Source: Candidatus Altimarinota bacterium | GTDB taxonomy: Bacteria; Patescibacteriota; Gracilibacteria; UBA1369 | Length of the DNA stretch: 64,000 nucleotides | Assembly (NCBI GenBank): GCA_963677745.1 | Contig: OY782391.1 | Location: 352,001 to 416,000 of the forward strand | Reading direction: 5' to 3' | Part shown: in pieces, positions 47,092 to 58,033 of the stretch | How the letters are laid out: every line of letters begins with the position of its first letter | How positions within the stretch are numbered: position 1 is the first letter of the stretch | Translations under genes and position numbers: made by a program | Notes under the pieces: model-generated | Seen by the model: only the letters and a program-made list of their open reading frames with translations | Told to the model about the DNA's origin: nothing | The model's database searches: none

Positions 47092-48046
47092 AACCGGTGA
47101 TGCGGTGATTATCGGCCTGTCCGGAGGACCCGACTCGGTATTCCTGTTTCATCAGTTGCGACTATCCCCCCTTCGGCTGAAACTGACGGCCTGCCATGTC
47201 AATTATCATTTGAGGGGAAAAGACAGCGATCTGGACCGGCAATTTGTAGAATTATTATGCCAAAAACACCGAATCCCCCTGGAAATTCTGGAGGCGGGGA
47301 AATTAACGGAAAAAGGCAATCTGGAAAATAACTGCCGCCAGCTCCGTTACCGCTTTTTTGAAAAAATCCGCCGGCAAAAGCAGGCCAAAATGATCCTGGT
47401 GGCGCATCAACTGGATGATCAGATCGAAACTTTTCTATTGAATCTGACCCGAGGCAGTTCCTTCCGGGGAATCACCGCCATGCGTGAATATGATCCCGAC
47501 CGGAAACTGTTCCGTCCCCTGCTGGATCGGTCCAAAAAAGATATTCTTGCCTGGCTGAAAAAACACCGGTTTAAATTCCGCCTTGACCGGAGCAATCTTT
47601 CCGACCGTTTTTCCCGCAACCGCATCCGGCTGAAAATTCTTCCGGAACTGGCACATCTGAACAGCAATTTTCTGGTCACCGTAGGACAGTCTTTAAACGA
47701 ATTGGCGGAACAGCTGGACTGGATTGATCTGCTGGCCGACAAATGGCTTTCCGACAACCTCCTAAAGCCAAAGCCGGTTACTTCCAAAAACCCGGTAATC
47801 GGACTTTTCCGGCTCGATATTTTTCTTCTGGAAAAACCGGTTTTTCAAAAAATATTATTGCAAAAAATGTTCCGGAATATTTATAAAAAATCCCTGACCC
47901 GTCATTCACTCGCTGAGATTCTGACCACACTTCGCAAAAACCGTGCGGGACTGAAAAAAGAATTCGGACAGGCCACTTTCCTGAAAATAATCAAAGAAGG
48001 CAAAAACGGCAAAAGAGAAGTTGTGATAGAGCCCAAACTCCATTAA
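47045..48046 (+). CDS. tilS: tRNA(Ile)-lysidine synthetase
   Basis: SGGPDS, HVNYHLRG, RQLRY, AHQLDDQIETFL, RPLL, DRSN, RNRIR. Confidence 0.94.
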   Translation: MPSLNSLNSKISARLETGDAVIIGLSGGPDSVFLFHQLRLSPLRLKLTACHVNYHLRGKDSDLDRQFVELLCQKHRIPLEILEAGKLTEKGNLENNCRQLRYRFFEKIRRQKQAKMILVAHQLDDQIETFLLNLTRGSSFRGITAMREYDPDRKLFRPLLDRSKKDILAWLKKHRFKFRLDRSNLSDRFSRNRIRLKILPELAHLNSNFLVTVGQSLNELAEQLDWIDLLADKWLSDNLLKPKPVTSKNPVIGLFRLDIFLLEKPVFQKILLQKMFRNIYKKSLTRHSLAEILTTLRKNRAGLKKEFGQATFLKIIKEGKNGKREVVIEPKLH

Positions 48047-48081
48047 AATATCCGAGCCACCATACTAAAATAAATTAATAC

Positions 48082-49998
48082 ATGCCAATCGCTCAAAGTT
48101 CGGGACAAAAACCGGGATCCAATAATTTTCTGGCTCTGATAGCCATTATTCTAGCCATATCCGCCCTGGCGGTCATCTGGAACGGAGGCAGCACCGTCAG
48201 CAAGAAAATCACTCTCAACCAGTTTATCGAAGAAGTTCAAAACGGCGACGTGGCGAAGATTTCACTGGACTCCGAATCAGACCGGATCAATATCACCAAG
48301 GTCGACGGTTCACAGGCCTATACTTATAAAGAAGCATCAGCCACCCTGGATGAAATACTGGCAAAAGTACCGGAAGATGTAAAAAAAGACATTGAAACGG
48401 ATATCCAGCCCATCTCCAATAACGGTTTCTGGCTGACTCTGCTAATCAATGTGGTCCCGATCCTGTTGATCGTCGGATTCTTCATGTTCATGATGAGACA
48501 GGCCCAGAGCAGCAATAACCAGGCCATGTCATTCGGTAAAAGCAAAGCCAAACTTTTTGACGGCGCCAAGAAAAAAACCATGTTTGGAGACGTCGCCGGG
48601 GCCGAGGAAGCCAAGCAGGAACTGGTGGAAATTGTCGACTTTTTAAAAAGCCCCTCCAAATATTCCCAGATGGGCGCCAAAATACCCAAAGGCGTATTGC
48701 TGGTCGGCCCGCCCGGAACCGGTAAAACCTTGCTGGCCAGAGCCGTAGCCGGAGAGGCCAATGTGCCGTTTTTCAGCATCGCCGGTTCGGAATTCGTAGA
48801 GATGTTCGTGGGTGTCGGTGCATCGCGGGTACGCGATCTTTTCCGCAAAGCCCAGAAAAACGCCCCCTGCATTATATTTATAGATGAAATCGATGCCGTC
48901 GGACGGCAAAGAGGCACGGGACTGGGTGGCGGCCATGACGAACGCGAACAGACCCTCAACCAGATCCTCACCGAAATGGACGGCTTTGAAAACGATACCG
49001 GTGTGATCGTCATGGCCGCCACCAACCGGCCCGACGTACTGGATCCGGCCCTGCTCCGCCCGGGACGTTTCGACCGCCGCGTGATTATCGACCTGCCCGA
49101 CCTCAAAGACCGTGAAGCCATCCTGAAAGTCCATGGCCGCAACAAACCCATCGAAAAAGAGATCAACATCACCACCATCGCCCAGCACACGCCCGGCTTC
49201 TCCGGCGCCGATCTGGAAAACGTCATGAATGAGGCGGCCATTCTGGCCGCCAAGGAGGATCGCAAACAAATCACCCAGGACGACCTCCAGGAATCGGTGG
49301 AAAAAGTAATGATGGGACCGGAAAGAAAATCCCGCGCCCTTTCCGACAAAGAACGGGAAATCACAGCCTATCATGAAATCGGCCATGCTTTGGTCGGCCA
49401 TTCCACCAAAAATTGCGACCCCGTCCACAAGATCTCCATCATCTCCCGCGGCATGGCGCTGGGCGTCACCTGGTTTCTGCCCGAGGACGACAAACATCTT
49501 TACACCCGCTCCAAGTTTTTTGACGAAATATGTTCGCTGTTCGGCGGCTACTGCGCCGAAATTGAATTCTTCGGGGAAATGAGTACGGGAGCTTCCAACG
49601 ATCTGGAAAAAGCCACAGCCATCGCCACCAACATGGTCACCAGATACGGCATGAGTCCGCTGGGACCGGTCAGTCTGGGTGAACATCACCAGGAAATCTT
49701 CCTGGGCCGTGATTTCGGACACGTGAAAAATTATTCCGAGGAAACCGCCAAAAAAGTTGATGAAGAAATTAAAGCTCTGCTCGACCAGGGACGTAATTTC
49801 GCCGCCGACACCATCCGTAACAACAAAGACCTGATCAGAAAAATTGCCGGGGAGTTGCTCAAAAAAGAAACTCTCAGCCGCCCTGAATTTCTGGAATTTT
49901 TCGGAGAAACGGAAGAACAGGACGACCAAAAACGCGACATCCCCAAAAGCGCCAAAAAAAGAAAACCAAAAAAAGTTAACCTGCAGCTCCCGGCCTAG
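48082..49998 (+). CDS. ftsH: ATP-dependent zinc metalloprotease FtsH
   Basis: Two TM helices, [47 protein letters not shown]. Confidence 0.97.
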   Translation: MPIAQSSGQKPGSNNFLALIAIILAISALAVIWNGGSTVSKKITLNQFIEEVQNGDVAKISLDSESDRINITKVDGSQAYTYKEASATLDEILAKVPEDVKKDIETDIQPISNNGFWLTLLINVVPILLIVGFFMFMMRQAQSSNNQAMSFGKSKAKLFDGAKKKTMFGDVAGAEEAKQELVEIVDFLKSPSKYSQMGAKIPKGVLLVGPPGTGKTLLARAVAGEANVPFFSIAGSEFVEMFVGVGASRVRDLFRKAQKNAPCIIFIDEIDAVGRQRGTGLGGGHDEREQTLNQILTEMDGFENDTGVIVMAATNRPDVLDPALLRPGRFDRRVIIDLPDLKDREAILKVHGRNKPIEKEINITTIAQHTPGFSGADLENVMNEAAILAAKEDRKQITQDDLQESVEKVMMGPERKSRALSDKEREITAYHEIGHALVGHSTKNCDPVHKISIISRGMALGVTWFLPEDDKHLYTRSKFFDEICSLFGGYCAEIEFFGEMSTGASNDLEKATAIATNMVTRYGMSPLGPVSLGEHHQEIFLGRDFGHVKNYSEETAKKVDEEIKALLDQGRNFAADTIRNNKDLIRKIAGELLKKETLSRPEFLEFFGETEEQDDQKRDIPKSAKKRKPKKVNLQLPA

Positions 49999-50037
49999 GA
50001 ACTGCACCAATGTTTAGTAAAATTTTCAACATCTCCC

Positions 50038-50463
50038 ATGACCAAAGACCATGACAAACAGGACAAAAAAACAGTCAAAAAAGTCAGTCTGAAGGAGGCT
50101 GAACAAAAGATCGATGTTGCCGAAAAAGAAATCGGCCAGCTCTCGGTCGATGTCTACGAATCGCCGGCCGAGTTGATTATTCTGGCTCCGATTGCGGGCG
50201 TAAAACTGTCCGACATCAACATCAGCCTGACCGATGATATCCTGACCATCAGCGGCCAACGCAACCTGGAATTCCAAAGCACCGGCGACGACTACCTGAT
50301 CCAGGAATGTTTCTGGGGCGAATTTTCACGCTCAATCGTCCTGCCCGACAATATTGACCAGAGCCGCATCGGCGCCAGTTTTAAAGACGGCATTCTGAAA
50401 ATTTCCATACCCAAAACCCCCGGCAATAACCGGACCAAACTGATTCGCATCAAAAATGATTAA
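50038..50463 (+). CDS. Hsp20/alpha-crystallin family protein
   Basis: VDVYE, LTISGQR, ECFWGEFSRSIVLP, ASFKDGILKISIPK. Confidence 0.92.
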   Translation: MTKDHDKQDKKTVKKVSLKEAEQKIDVAEKEIGQLSVDVYESPAELIILAPIAGVKLSDINISLTDDILTISGQRNLEFQSTGDDYLIQECFWGEFSRSIVLPDNIDQSRIGASFKDGILKISIPKTPGNNRTKLIRIKND

Positions 50464-51352
50464 ACCAGTTACCAAAGCCATTTTCCCGGTAGCCGGATTC
50501 GGCACCCGTTTTCTGCCCGCCACCAAAGCCCAGCCCAAGGAAATGCTGCCGATCGTGGACAAACCGGTGATCCAGTATCTGGTGGAAGAAGCGGTAGCCG
50601 CCGGTATCACTGATATCATCATGGTAACCGGCCGTGGCAAACGCGCCATCGAAGACCATTTCGACACCAGTTTCGAACTTGAACACACACTGGTGGAAAA
50701 AGATAAACATGCCCTGCTGGAAGAAATCCGCAATATTTCCAAACTGGCCAATTTCGTTTATGTACGACAGCCCAAACCGCTGGGCGACGGACACGCCATT
50801 CTCTGCGCGCGCAACCTGATCGGCGACGAACCGTGCGCCATTCTGTTCGGTGACGATATAATAGACGGCAAGGTCCCGGCCATTAAACAGCTGATCGATG
50901 TCTACAATGAAACCGGCTGTTCGGTGATCGGCGTCAAGGAAGTCCCCAAAGCCGAGATCTCCAGCTACGGAGTGGTAGGTGGAACCGCAGTCAAATCCGG
51001 CAGTAAAAACCATTCCATATATCACGGCCTCTATGAGGTAAACCGGCTGGTGGAAAAACCCAAACCGGAAAAAGCTCCTTCCAATCTGGCCATCATCGGA
51101 AAATACATTATCACTCCCGATGTTTTCGACTGCATTGAAAAAGGCGGGCGCAGTGCCGGCGGCGAACAAAGACTGATTGACGGCTTTGAAGTACTTTTAA
51201 AAAATGAAAGAATTTTTGCCAAAACTTTGGAAGGACGCCGCTACGACACCGGCCAAAAAATAGGACTGATAACGGCCAACATTGACTTTGCCCTCAAACG
51301 CAAAGACCTGGGCCCGGAACTCAGAAAATATCTGAAATCTCTGGAGCTATAG
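50456..51352 (+). CDS. galU: UTP--glucose-1-phosphate uridylyltransferase
   Basis: KAIFPVAGFGTRFLPATKAQPKEML, RQPKPLGDGHA, VEKP, RYDTG. Confidence 0.95.
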   Translation: MIKPVTKAIFPVAGFGTRFLPATKAQPKEMLPIVDKPVIQYLVEEAVAAGITDIIMVTGRGKRAIEDHFDTSFELEHTLVEKDKHALLEEIRNISKLANFVYVRQPKPLGDGHAILCARNLIGDEPCAILFGDDIIDGKVPAIKQLIDVYNETGCSVIGVKEVPKAEISSYGVVGGTAVKSGSKNHSIYHGLYEVNRLVEKPKPEKAPSNLAIIGKYIITPDVFDCIEKGGRSAGGEQRLIDGFEVLLKNERIFAKTLEGRRYDTGQKIGLITANIDFALKRKDLGPELRKYLKSLEL

Positions 51353-51682
51353 ATCGATCCCCTGTTCCTTTTTGGAAAATTCCATAACTTCCCTGCCCTC
51401 TCTTTCCACTACTATATAGGGCAAATCACATTGCACCAGACTGATTGCCTGGGGCTCTCCTTCCAGCTCTTCTGCAAACACCACCGCATACAATTCAATC
51501 ACATGAAGGTTCTGATCCCGTTCTGTCACAAACCCCACTACCGTACCATCAGGACTCAAATCACCAATCTTTAAAAATCTTTCCGATTCACTAATCTGCC
51601 CCGCCAGAACATTTGGATCAATTGTCAGTTCAAGTCTTGACAAAGCCTCGTTTAAAAAGGGATTTTCGCTTAAAAGAGCCAT
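51347..51682 (-). CDS. hypothetical protein
   Basis: 111-aa ATG ORF filling the gap, with an AT-rich leader. Confidence 0.55.
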   Translation of the reverse strand: MALLSENPFLNEALSRLELTIDPNVLAGQISESERFLKIGDLSPDGTVVGFVTERDQNLHVIELYAVVFAEELEGEPQAISLVQCDLPYIVVEREGREVMEFSKKEQGIDL

Positions 51683-51854
51683 ATTTTTAATATTTATTTT
51701 CTTTGGAATTTAAGTAAATCACGATGCCAAACAGATTGTCAAAATATTTTCCAAAATGAGCAACTGATGGTTTGAAGAAAATGACCCTGTAAGCATTGAA
51801 GAAACATGGAAATTTTGCTATGATATGAAGATTTACAAAAATACAAAAAACAAA

Positions 51855-52463
51855 ATGTCCAGAGAACCCCAAGAATTTGATTACCTTCTAGCCGAATCGG
51901 AACGTCTGAAAATGGCCGGTGAACACCTCGAAGCCATCCGGATTTGCGAAAAAGTCCTCGCCCAGGATTTGGATTCCCAACTGGCTTACGAAGAAATCGG
52001 CGATAACTTTCTCAGCATGAGGGAATATGAGAAAGCGGAAAAAGCTTTGATTCAGGCACTTCGTCTCAACCCCACCTCGGCCAACGCCCACTATCTGATC
52101 GGTTTTGCCCATTCCGCTATCGGCAACTGGCAGGATTCAATCGAACATCTGGAAACCGCCGATAAAATTCAACCAAATCATCCGGAAATTCTGCGCTGTC
52201 TGGGCTGGTCAATTTTTCATTCCGGCGAGAAAAAACAGGGACTGGTTATTTTGGAAAGAGCCCTCAACCTCAGCCCCAGAGATCCGCTGGTCTTAAGCGA
52301 CCTGGGCATCTGTTACCTGAATGACAAGGACTTCGACAAAGCCAATGACCTGTTCCGCAAGGTTCTGGAAATCGAACCGGATAATGAGAAAGTCAAAGAA
52401 TGTCTCTATGCGGTAAAGTTCTTCAAAAGCGAATTCAAAAAGTTTCGGGAATCAAAGAAATAA
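51855..52463 (+). CDS. tetratricopeptide repeat protein
   Basis: About five 34-aa TPR units (e.g. AHYLIGFAHSAIGNWQDSIEHLETADKIQPNH). Confidence 0.9.
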   Translation: MSREPQEFDYLLAESERLKMAGEHLEAIRICEKVLAQDLDSQLAYEEIGDNFLSMREYEKAEKALIQALRLNPTSANAHYLIGFAHSAIGNWQDSIEHLETADKIQPNHPEILRCLGWSIFHSGEKKQGLVILERALNLSPRDPLVLSDLGICYLNDKDFDKANDLFRKVLEIEPDNEKVKECLYAVKFFKSEFKKFRESKK

Positions 52464-52487
52464 CCGGATCCCCTCTCTGATATCGGT

Positions 52488-53141
52488 TTACATCAACACT
52501 TTCTCCGGATGGGCACTTTTGACGATGGCACTCGCCAATAAAACGCCTTCAGTCCCCAGCGCCAGTGCCGCGTCCAGATCCTTTTTGGAGGATATCCCGG
52601 CTCCGCATAACGGTATTATTCTCTTGCTGTTTTTCAGATTGTATCCTCTGACAATTTTCACAAATTCCTTAATCTTATCAGCATGACTGCCGGTAATGGA
52701 TTGGCCGGATGAAATAAGTGATGATTCCTCGTAGGCAATCATATCCGGATTAAATTTCACAACCACCCTGGCTTCCGAAATGTTTTGGACACAAACCAGT
52801 ACAGGGAATTTTACGGCCCGGCATCTGGTAACAGTTTTTTCAATCACCTCCATCGGTAACTGGTGTTCGGAATGATTCAAAATGGTACCGGCCGCCCCAT
52901 TGGATTGCAAACTTTCAATAATGTTAAAACCGGTGTTTTTATCGGGAAGACCAAAATCCGCATGCTGGGCAAAAATCGGGAAATCAACCTTCTTCTGCAC
53001 CCGGAAAACATCAACCACCTGGACCGCAGCAATCAATTTCAATTTTTTAGTGTATCCCTGCAGTTTCTTTGCCAATAATTCCGCTCGTGTCCCGGTGGAT
53101 TCCGGATAGGTCTTAAAATTCACCACTACAATCGGTTTCAT
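52488..53141 (-). CDS. tpiA: triosephosphate isomerase, short archaeal-type
   Basis: VNFKTY, AQH, NHSE, IAYE, LCGAGIS, GVLLASAIVK; 217 aa. Start placed at MKPIVV. Confidence 0.9.
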   Translation of the reverse strand: MKPIVVVNFKTYPESTGTRAELLAKKLQGYTKKLKLIAAVQVVDVFRVQKKVDFPIFAQHADFGLPDKNTGFNIIESLQSNGAAGTILNHSEHQLPMEVIEKTVTRCRAVKFPVLVCVQNISEARVVVKFNPDMIAYEESSLISSGQSITGSHADKIKEFVKIVRGYNLKNSKRIIPLCGAGISSKKDLDAALALGTEGVLLASAIVKSAHPEKVLM

Positions 53142-53243
53142 AAAATGAACATTATATTTTCCACAAAAGTTGTTATAGCACAATGTTTGCACAAATCGGT
53201 CAATTTCCCTTGCAAAAGCTGCAAATATTGTCAAAATATGGGC

Positions 53244-53740
53244 GATCCTATCAGTGAGTAATCGCTGGTTTTTAATTCCTTCCGGTTTCGGCCGGAAACG
53301 ATCCTTAAAAACGAGAGGAAAGTCCGAGCGCCCGTTAAGCATAATGGCTTCTAACGGAAGCAGCTGTAATCCAATTCTCCCGACGCAAGTCGGGAACAAA
53401 AAAACTTACAGTATGGAAAGTGCCACAGAGACTATACTAGTTTTGTCCGATCCGCTTCGGCGGAAAACAGCAAAACCAAAGGTGAAAAGCCTTGCCGTCC
53501 GGCCTGAACTTCGGTTCCGGCCAGGCGAGGTGCCTCCGTGTAAACGGAGTGTTATGGCAAACCCCATTTGGCGCAAGGTGGGATGGGAGATTTCGGGATC
53601 ACCTGGCTTAACAGGTCCGAGACTCCCCACCGCTTGAGCCGGCGCGCAAGCGCCGGCCTAGATAGATGATTACACTGCCGTACCGGCCCAAAACGGGCTT
53701 GCATGGCAGACAGAACTCGGCTTATGATCTGGTAGGATCC
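53244..53740 (+). ncRNA. rnpB: RNase P RNA (type A-like)
   Basis: GAGGAAAGTCCG, AAGTGCCACAGA, GGTGAAA, GGCAAACCCC, CTAGATAGATGATT, ACAGAACTCGGCTTA; P1 GATCCTATCAG/CTGGTAGGATC; P6 GTTAAGC/GCTTAAC. Confidence 0.95.
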
Positions 53741-53753
53741 TTTATTATAGAAG

Positions 53754-55199
53754 ATGAAACCTCTTGAGATTTTTTTCGGTGTACTGCGCATTCCAGTAGA
53801 TCTGGTACTGACAATTTTGGCCTTTTTAATTGCCTACCAGATCAGACTGAACACTGATCTGATCCCGGGCGTACAGCTGCCCGTTACCATCTCCACCTTC
53901 CCCGAATTCCAGGAATACTTGGCCGTCACTTTAATCGCCGCCCTACTGTTGCTGGCGATTTTTGCCGTATTCAATCTCTATAGTCTCAAACGCCCCGAGC
54001 CCCTCAGCAAGCAGATTTCCAAAATTCTGGCCGGTTCAGTGATCTGGCTATTTTCCATTATCACCTACTATTTCATTGTCCGCACTTTCCCCTTCTCCCG
54101 TCTGGCACTTTTTCAAAGCTGGCTTTTCACTTTTATCCTGATTGTGTCGGGACGCTGTCTGCTGCAATATTTCCAAAACAAACTTTACCGCAAAGGCATC
54201 GCCCAGACCCGGGTTCTGCTGATCGGAGCCGGTGCATCCACCGAAGAAATCGTTGCCAACTTTTTTAGAAATCCCCAATACCGCTGCATCGGCTATCTGG
54301 AAAACGAAGACAAAAATCTTCCCAAAATCCATTATCTGGGAACCATTGAAAATCTGCAGGAAATTGTCCAGAAACACCGCATCGAAAAAATCATCCAGTG
54401 CAAAGAACAAATCAGCGAAAAATTGGAAGGCACGCTGCTGGATTATTGCCGTGAAAGCCAGCTGGAATACAGTTTCATACCCGATCAGCTGGAAATGCAG
54501 CGTACCAATATCGAAATAGAAACTCCCGCCGGAATCCCGCTGATCACCCTTAAACCCACACCTCTGGACGGCTGGGCCAGGGTGATCAAAAGAACTTTCG
54601 ACTTTCTGGCCGCCCTGATTTTGTTGACAATCCTGTCCCCCGTTATGCTGGTTTGCGCCATTTTAATAAAAATTGACGACCCCAAAAGCACCATCATTTT
54701 CAAGTATCTGGATGACGGTTCACGGGTGCAGCGAGTCGGTCTGAAAGGAAGATTCTTCCGCTTCTACAAATTCCGCACCATGAAACCCAATACCCACAAT
54801 CTTCGCTATACCGAACTGTCACATCTCAATACCAGACAGGGAACCCCCATGGTCAAAATCAAGAACGATCCCCGGGTCACCAAAATCGGTCGTTTTCTCC
54901 GCAAGACTTCTTTGGATGAACTACCGCAGCTGTTCAACGTCCTGAAAGGGGAAATGTCTCTGGTCGGACCCAGACCTCATCTTCCTGAAGAGGTGGCCCA
55001 TTACGACCGGCATCATAAATTTGTTTTGACAGTCAAACCCGGCATCACCGGTATGGCACAGGTCAGTGGCCGCAGCGATCTGGTCTTTGATCAGGAGGTG
55101 AAACTGGACAGTTATTACATTGAAAACTGGAATCTTTTACTGGATCTGAAAATTTTAGTTCAAACGGTGTTAGTTCCCTTTAAAAAATATGACGAATAG
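53754..55199 (+). CDS. polyprenyl-phosphate hexose-1-phosphate transferase (WcaJ/CpsE-like)
   Basis: N-terminal TMs, [58 protein letters not shown]. Confidence 0.93.
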   Translation: MKPLEIFFGVLRIPVDLVLTILAFLIAYQIRLNTDLIPGVQLPVTISTFPEFQEYLAVTLIAALLLLAIFAVFNLYSLKRPEPLSKQISKILAGSVIWLFSIITYYFIVRTFPFSRLALFQSWLFTFILIVSGRCLLQYFQNKLYRKGIAQTRVLLIGAGASTEEIVANFFRNPQYRCIGYLENEDKNLPKIHYLGTIENLQEIVQKHRIEKIIQCKEQISEKLEGTLLDYCRESQLEYSFIPDQLEMQRTNIEIETPAGIPLITLKPTPLDGWARVIKRTFDFLAALILLTILSPVMLVCAILIKIDDPKSTIIFKYLDDGSRVQRVGLKGRFFRFYKFRTMKPNTHNLRYTELSHLNTRQGTPMVKIKNDPRVTKIGRFLRKTSLDELPQLFNVLKGEMSLVGPRPHLPEEVAHYDRHHKFVLTVKPGITGMAQVSGRSDLVFDQEVKLDSYYIENWNLLLDLKILVQTVLVPFKKYDE

Positions 55200-55255
55200 C
55201 GTAAGATACGCACGTTACCGGCCCCCCTATTATTTCCGTTTAACCAGTTAAAGTA

Positions 55256-58033
55256 ATGGTACGCAGACTGATCGAGAAAATCATTGGAGAACCCAATGAA
55301 AGAGCCCTCAAAAAAATCCGTCCCCTGATCCCCGAAATCAATGCCTGGGAAGAAAAATACCAGAAAACCCTGACTTCCGACGAAGACTACCCAAAAAAAA
55401 CCGCAGAATTTAAAGAAAGATATCAGAAAGGTGAAAGTCTGGACGATCTGTTACCGGAAGCTTTTGCTCTGGTCAAAAGCGCCTGCCGCCGCATTTACGG
55501 ACGTGAATTTACCATCGAAAAACTTTATTCCGAAAAAAGCGAGGCCGCCCAGGAAGAGCTGGGAAAAGAAGAAGGTAAATCCCCCGAGGAAGTAGCCAGA
55601 GAGGCCGCCGCCAACAAATATGTCTGGCGCATGATCCCTTTCGACGTACAGCTGTTGGGCGGAATAGTCCTGCATCAGGGGAAAATCTCCGAAATGAAAA
55701 CCGGTGAAGGAAAAACCCTGGTTTGTACCATGCCTCTTTATCTGAACGCACTCTCCGGCAAAGGAGCTTTTCTGGTTACTGTCAACGAATACCTTGCCCA
55801 GAGAGACGCCGCCTGGATGGGAATTATCTTTAAATTTCTGGGACTGTCAGTGGGGGTGATCCTCAATAACATGGCACCTTCCGGCAAAAAAGCCGCCTAT
55901 CAATGCGACATCACTTACGGCACCAACAGCGAATTCGGTTTTGATTATCTGCGCGACAACATGTCCGCCAACTCCGAAACTCTGGTACAGCGGGAACTGA
56001 ACTATGCCATCGTCGATGAAGTTGACTCAATCCTGATTGACGAAGCCAGAACCCCGCTCATCATCTCCACGGCTGCCGATGAATCCACCGACAAATACCG
56101 CAAATATACCAGCCTGGTCAAATCCCTGGAAGAACAGGAAGACTATGAAATTGACGAAAAACAAAGAGCAGCCACGCTGACCGAGGCCGGCATCGCCAAA
56201 ATGGAAAAAATGATGGGAGTGGACAATATCTATACCGACGCGGGTTTTGAGGAGGTACATCACATTGAACAGGCCCTCAAGGCTCATTACATTTTTAAAA
56301 ACGACGTTGATTACGTCATCAAAGACGGTGAAATTTTGATTGTGGATGAATTCACCGGACGCCTGATGCCCGGACGCCGCTATTCCGATGGTCTGCATCA
56401 GGCCATCGAAGCCAAGGAAAATGTGGAAATCAGAAGGGAAAGCAAAACTCTGGCCACAGTCACCCTGCAGAACTACTTTAGGCTGTTTAAAAAACTGGCC
56501 GGCATGACCGGTACCGCCAAGACCGAGGAAGAAGAATTTCTGCAGATTTACGGGCTGGAAACCATTGTTATACCCACCAACCAGCCGGTCACCCGTATCG
56601 ATCAGTCGGACGTGATCTTCAAAAATCAGCGGGGCAAATTCATTGCCGTGGCCCAGAAAATCCGCGAAGCGCATGAAAAAGGACAACCGGTATTAGTCGG
56701 TACGGTATCGATAGAAAGATCCGAACTGCTCAGTAAAATCCTGCAAAAGGAAGGGGTCCCCCATGCCGTTTTGAATGCCAAATATCATGAAAAAGAAGCT
56801 GAAATCATTGCCCAGGCAGGTGTCAAAGGAGCTGTGACCATCGCCACCAACATGGCCGGCCGCGGTACCGACATCAAGATCGACGAGGAAGTAAAAAAAC
56901 TGGGAGGTCTGCTCGTAATCGGTACCGAAAGACATGAATCCCGCCGTATCGACAATCAGTTACGCGGCCGTTCCGGCCGCCAGGGAGATCCGGGCGAAAG
57001 TCATTTTTTCGTATCGATGGAGGACGAATTGATGAGACTGTTTGCCGGTGAGAGAATTCAGCGCATGATGGAAATGCTCAACCTGCCGGACGAAACACCC
57101 ATCCAGAACAAGATGATCAGCAATTCCATCGAAAGCGCCCAGAAAAAAGTGGAAGGACGCAATTTTGATATCAGAAAACACCTGGTGGAATACGACGATG
57201 TGATGAACAAACACCGCGAAATCATCTATTCCCGCCGCCGCAAAGCCCTGGGCAGCGAGAATATGAAAAACGACATAATCCTGCTGATTGAAAAAGAGGC
57301 CGGCAGGATTGTCCGCAACAATACCATTTCTGAAGGACGCGAATACGATTGCGAGAAAATGATCGAGGATTTAAGCGTCCTAGCCCCGGAGGTAAAAACA
57401 CAGGTTTCCCTGGAACAATTAAGAGACCTCAATGACGAAGAGGCCCTGGCGGAGCATCTGAAAACTTATCTTTTTGAGATTTATGGCAATAAAGAAATGC
57501 GTCTGGCCGAACCGGAAATTTTAAGACGCATCGAGAAAAGCATTTCGCTGTCGGTCATCGACTCCCTCTGGATGGACCACATTGACAACATGCAAAACCT
57601 CCGCGAAAGCGTTTCTCTGCGCGGTTATGGCCAGAGAGACCCGCTGATCGAATACAAGGAACAGTCCTATCTGATGTTCATGAAACTGCTGACTGACATT
57701 CAGATTAACACGGTTGCCACGCTTTTCCGGCTCAATGTCGAAACCCAGTTGCCGGTCCATTTGCTCAAACCCGAATCCCCTGTCCAGAACATGATCACCA
57801 ATGCCGACAGTTTTGAAAACAATCTGAATTCCAGCAATCTGAAATCCGCCGCCTCCGGCGACGCAGCCACCTGGGTCATGTCCAAACCCCCGGAAAATCA
57901 GACCCGCACCGTCAGCGCCAATCGCCAACCCGCCAATGACGGCCCAAAACTGGCCTGTGACGGACTGGGCCGCAATGAGATTTGTCCCAAATGTGGTGTA
58001 AAAACAAAAAAATGCCCATACCAAAAGCAATAA
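55256..58033 (+). CDS. secA: preprotein translocase ATPase SecA
   Basis: EMKTGEGKT, VTVNEYLA, DEVDSILIDEARTPLIIS, ATNMAGRGTDI, QLRGRSGRQGDPG, QRDPLIEYK. Confidence 0.97.
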   Translation: MVRRLIEKIIGEPNERALKKIRPLIPEINAWEEKYQKTLTSDEDYPKKTAEFKERYQKGESLDDLLPEAFALVKSACRRIYGREFTIEKLYSEKSEAAQEELGKEEGKSPEEVAREAAANKYVWRMIPFDVQLLGGIVLHQGKISEMKTGEGKTLVCTMPLYLNALSGKGAFLVTVNEYLAQRDAAWMGIIFKFLGLSVGVILNNMAPSGKKAAYQCDITYGTNSEFGFDYLRDNMSANSETLVQRELNYAIVDEVDSILIDEARTPLIISTAADESTDKYRKYTSLVKSLEEQEDYEIDEKQRAATLTEAGIAKMEKMMGVDNIYTDAGFEEVHHIEQALKAHYIFKNDVDYVIKDGEILIVDEFTGRLMPGRRYSDGLHQAIEAKENVEIRRESKTLATVTLQNYFRLFKKLAGMTGTAKTEEEEFLQIYGLETIVIPTNQPVTRIDQSDVIFKNQRGKFIAVAQKIREAHEKGQPVLVGTVSIERSELLSKILQKEGVPHAVLNAKYHEKEAEIIAQAGVKGAVTIATNMAGRGTDIKIDEEVKKLGGLLVIGTERHESRRIDNQLRGRSGRQGDPGESHFFVSMEDELMRLFAGERIQRMMEMLNLPDETPIQNKMISNSIESAQKKVEGRNFDIRKHLVEYDDVMNKHREIIYSRRRKALGSENMKNDIILLIEKEAGRIVRNNTISEGREYDCEKMIEDLSVLAPEVKTQVSLEQLRDLNDEEALAEHLKTYLFEIYGNKEMRLAEPEILRRIEKSISLSVIDSLWMDHIDNMQNLRESVSLRGYGQRDPLIEYKEQSYLMFMKLLTDIQINTVATLFRLNVETQLPVHLLKPESPVQNMITNADSFENNLNSSNLKSAASGDAATWVMSKPPENQTRTVSANRQPANDGPKLACDGLGRNEICPKCGVKTKKCPYQKQ

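Noticed and set aside
48324-50010. Long minus-strand ORFs (346 and 455 aa) opposite ftsH; similar ones lie opposite pilT, metG, typA, galU and xfp
   Set aside because: They are codon-bias shadow frames with no motifs, and they lie fully over conserved genes.
53142-53791. TPI N-terminal extension and small ORFs at 53254, 53406 and 53552
   Set aside because: They overlap rnpB and its promoter; the TPI fold starts at MKPIVVVNFK.
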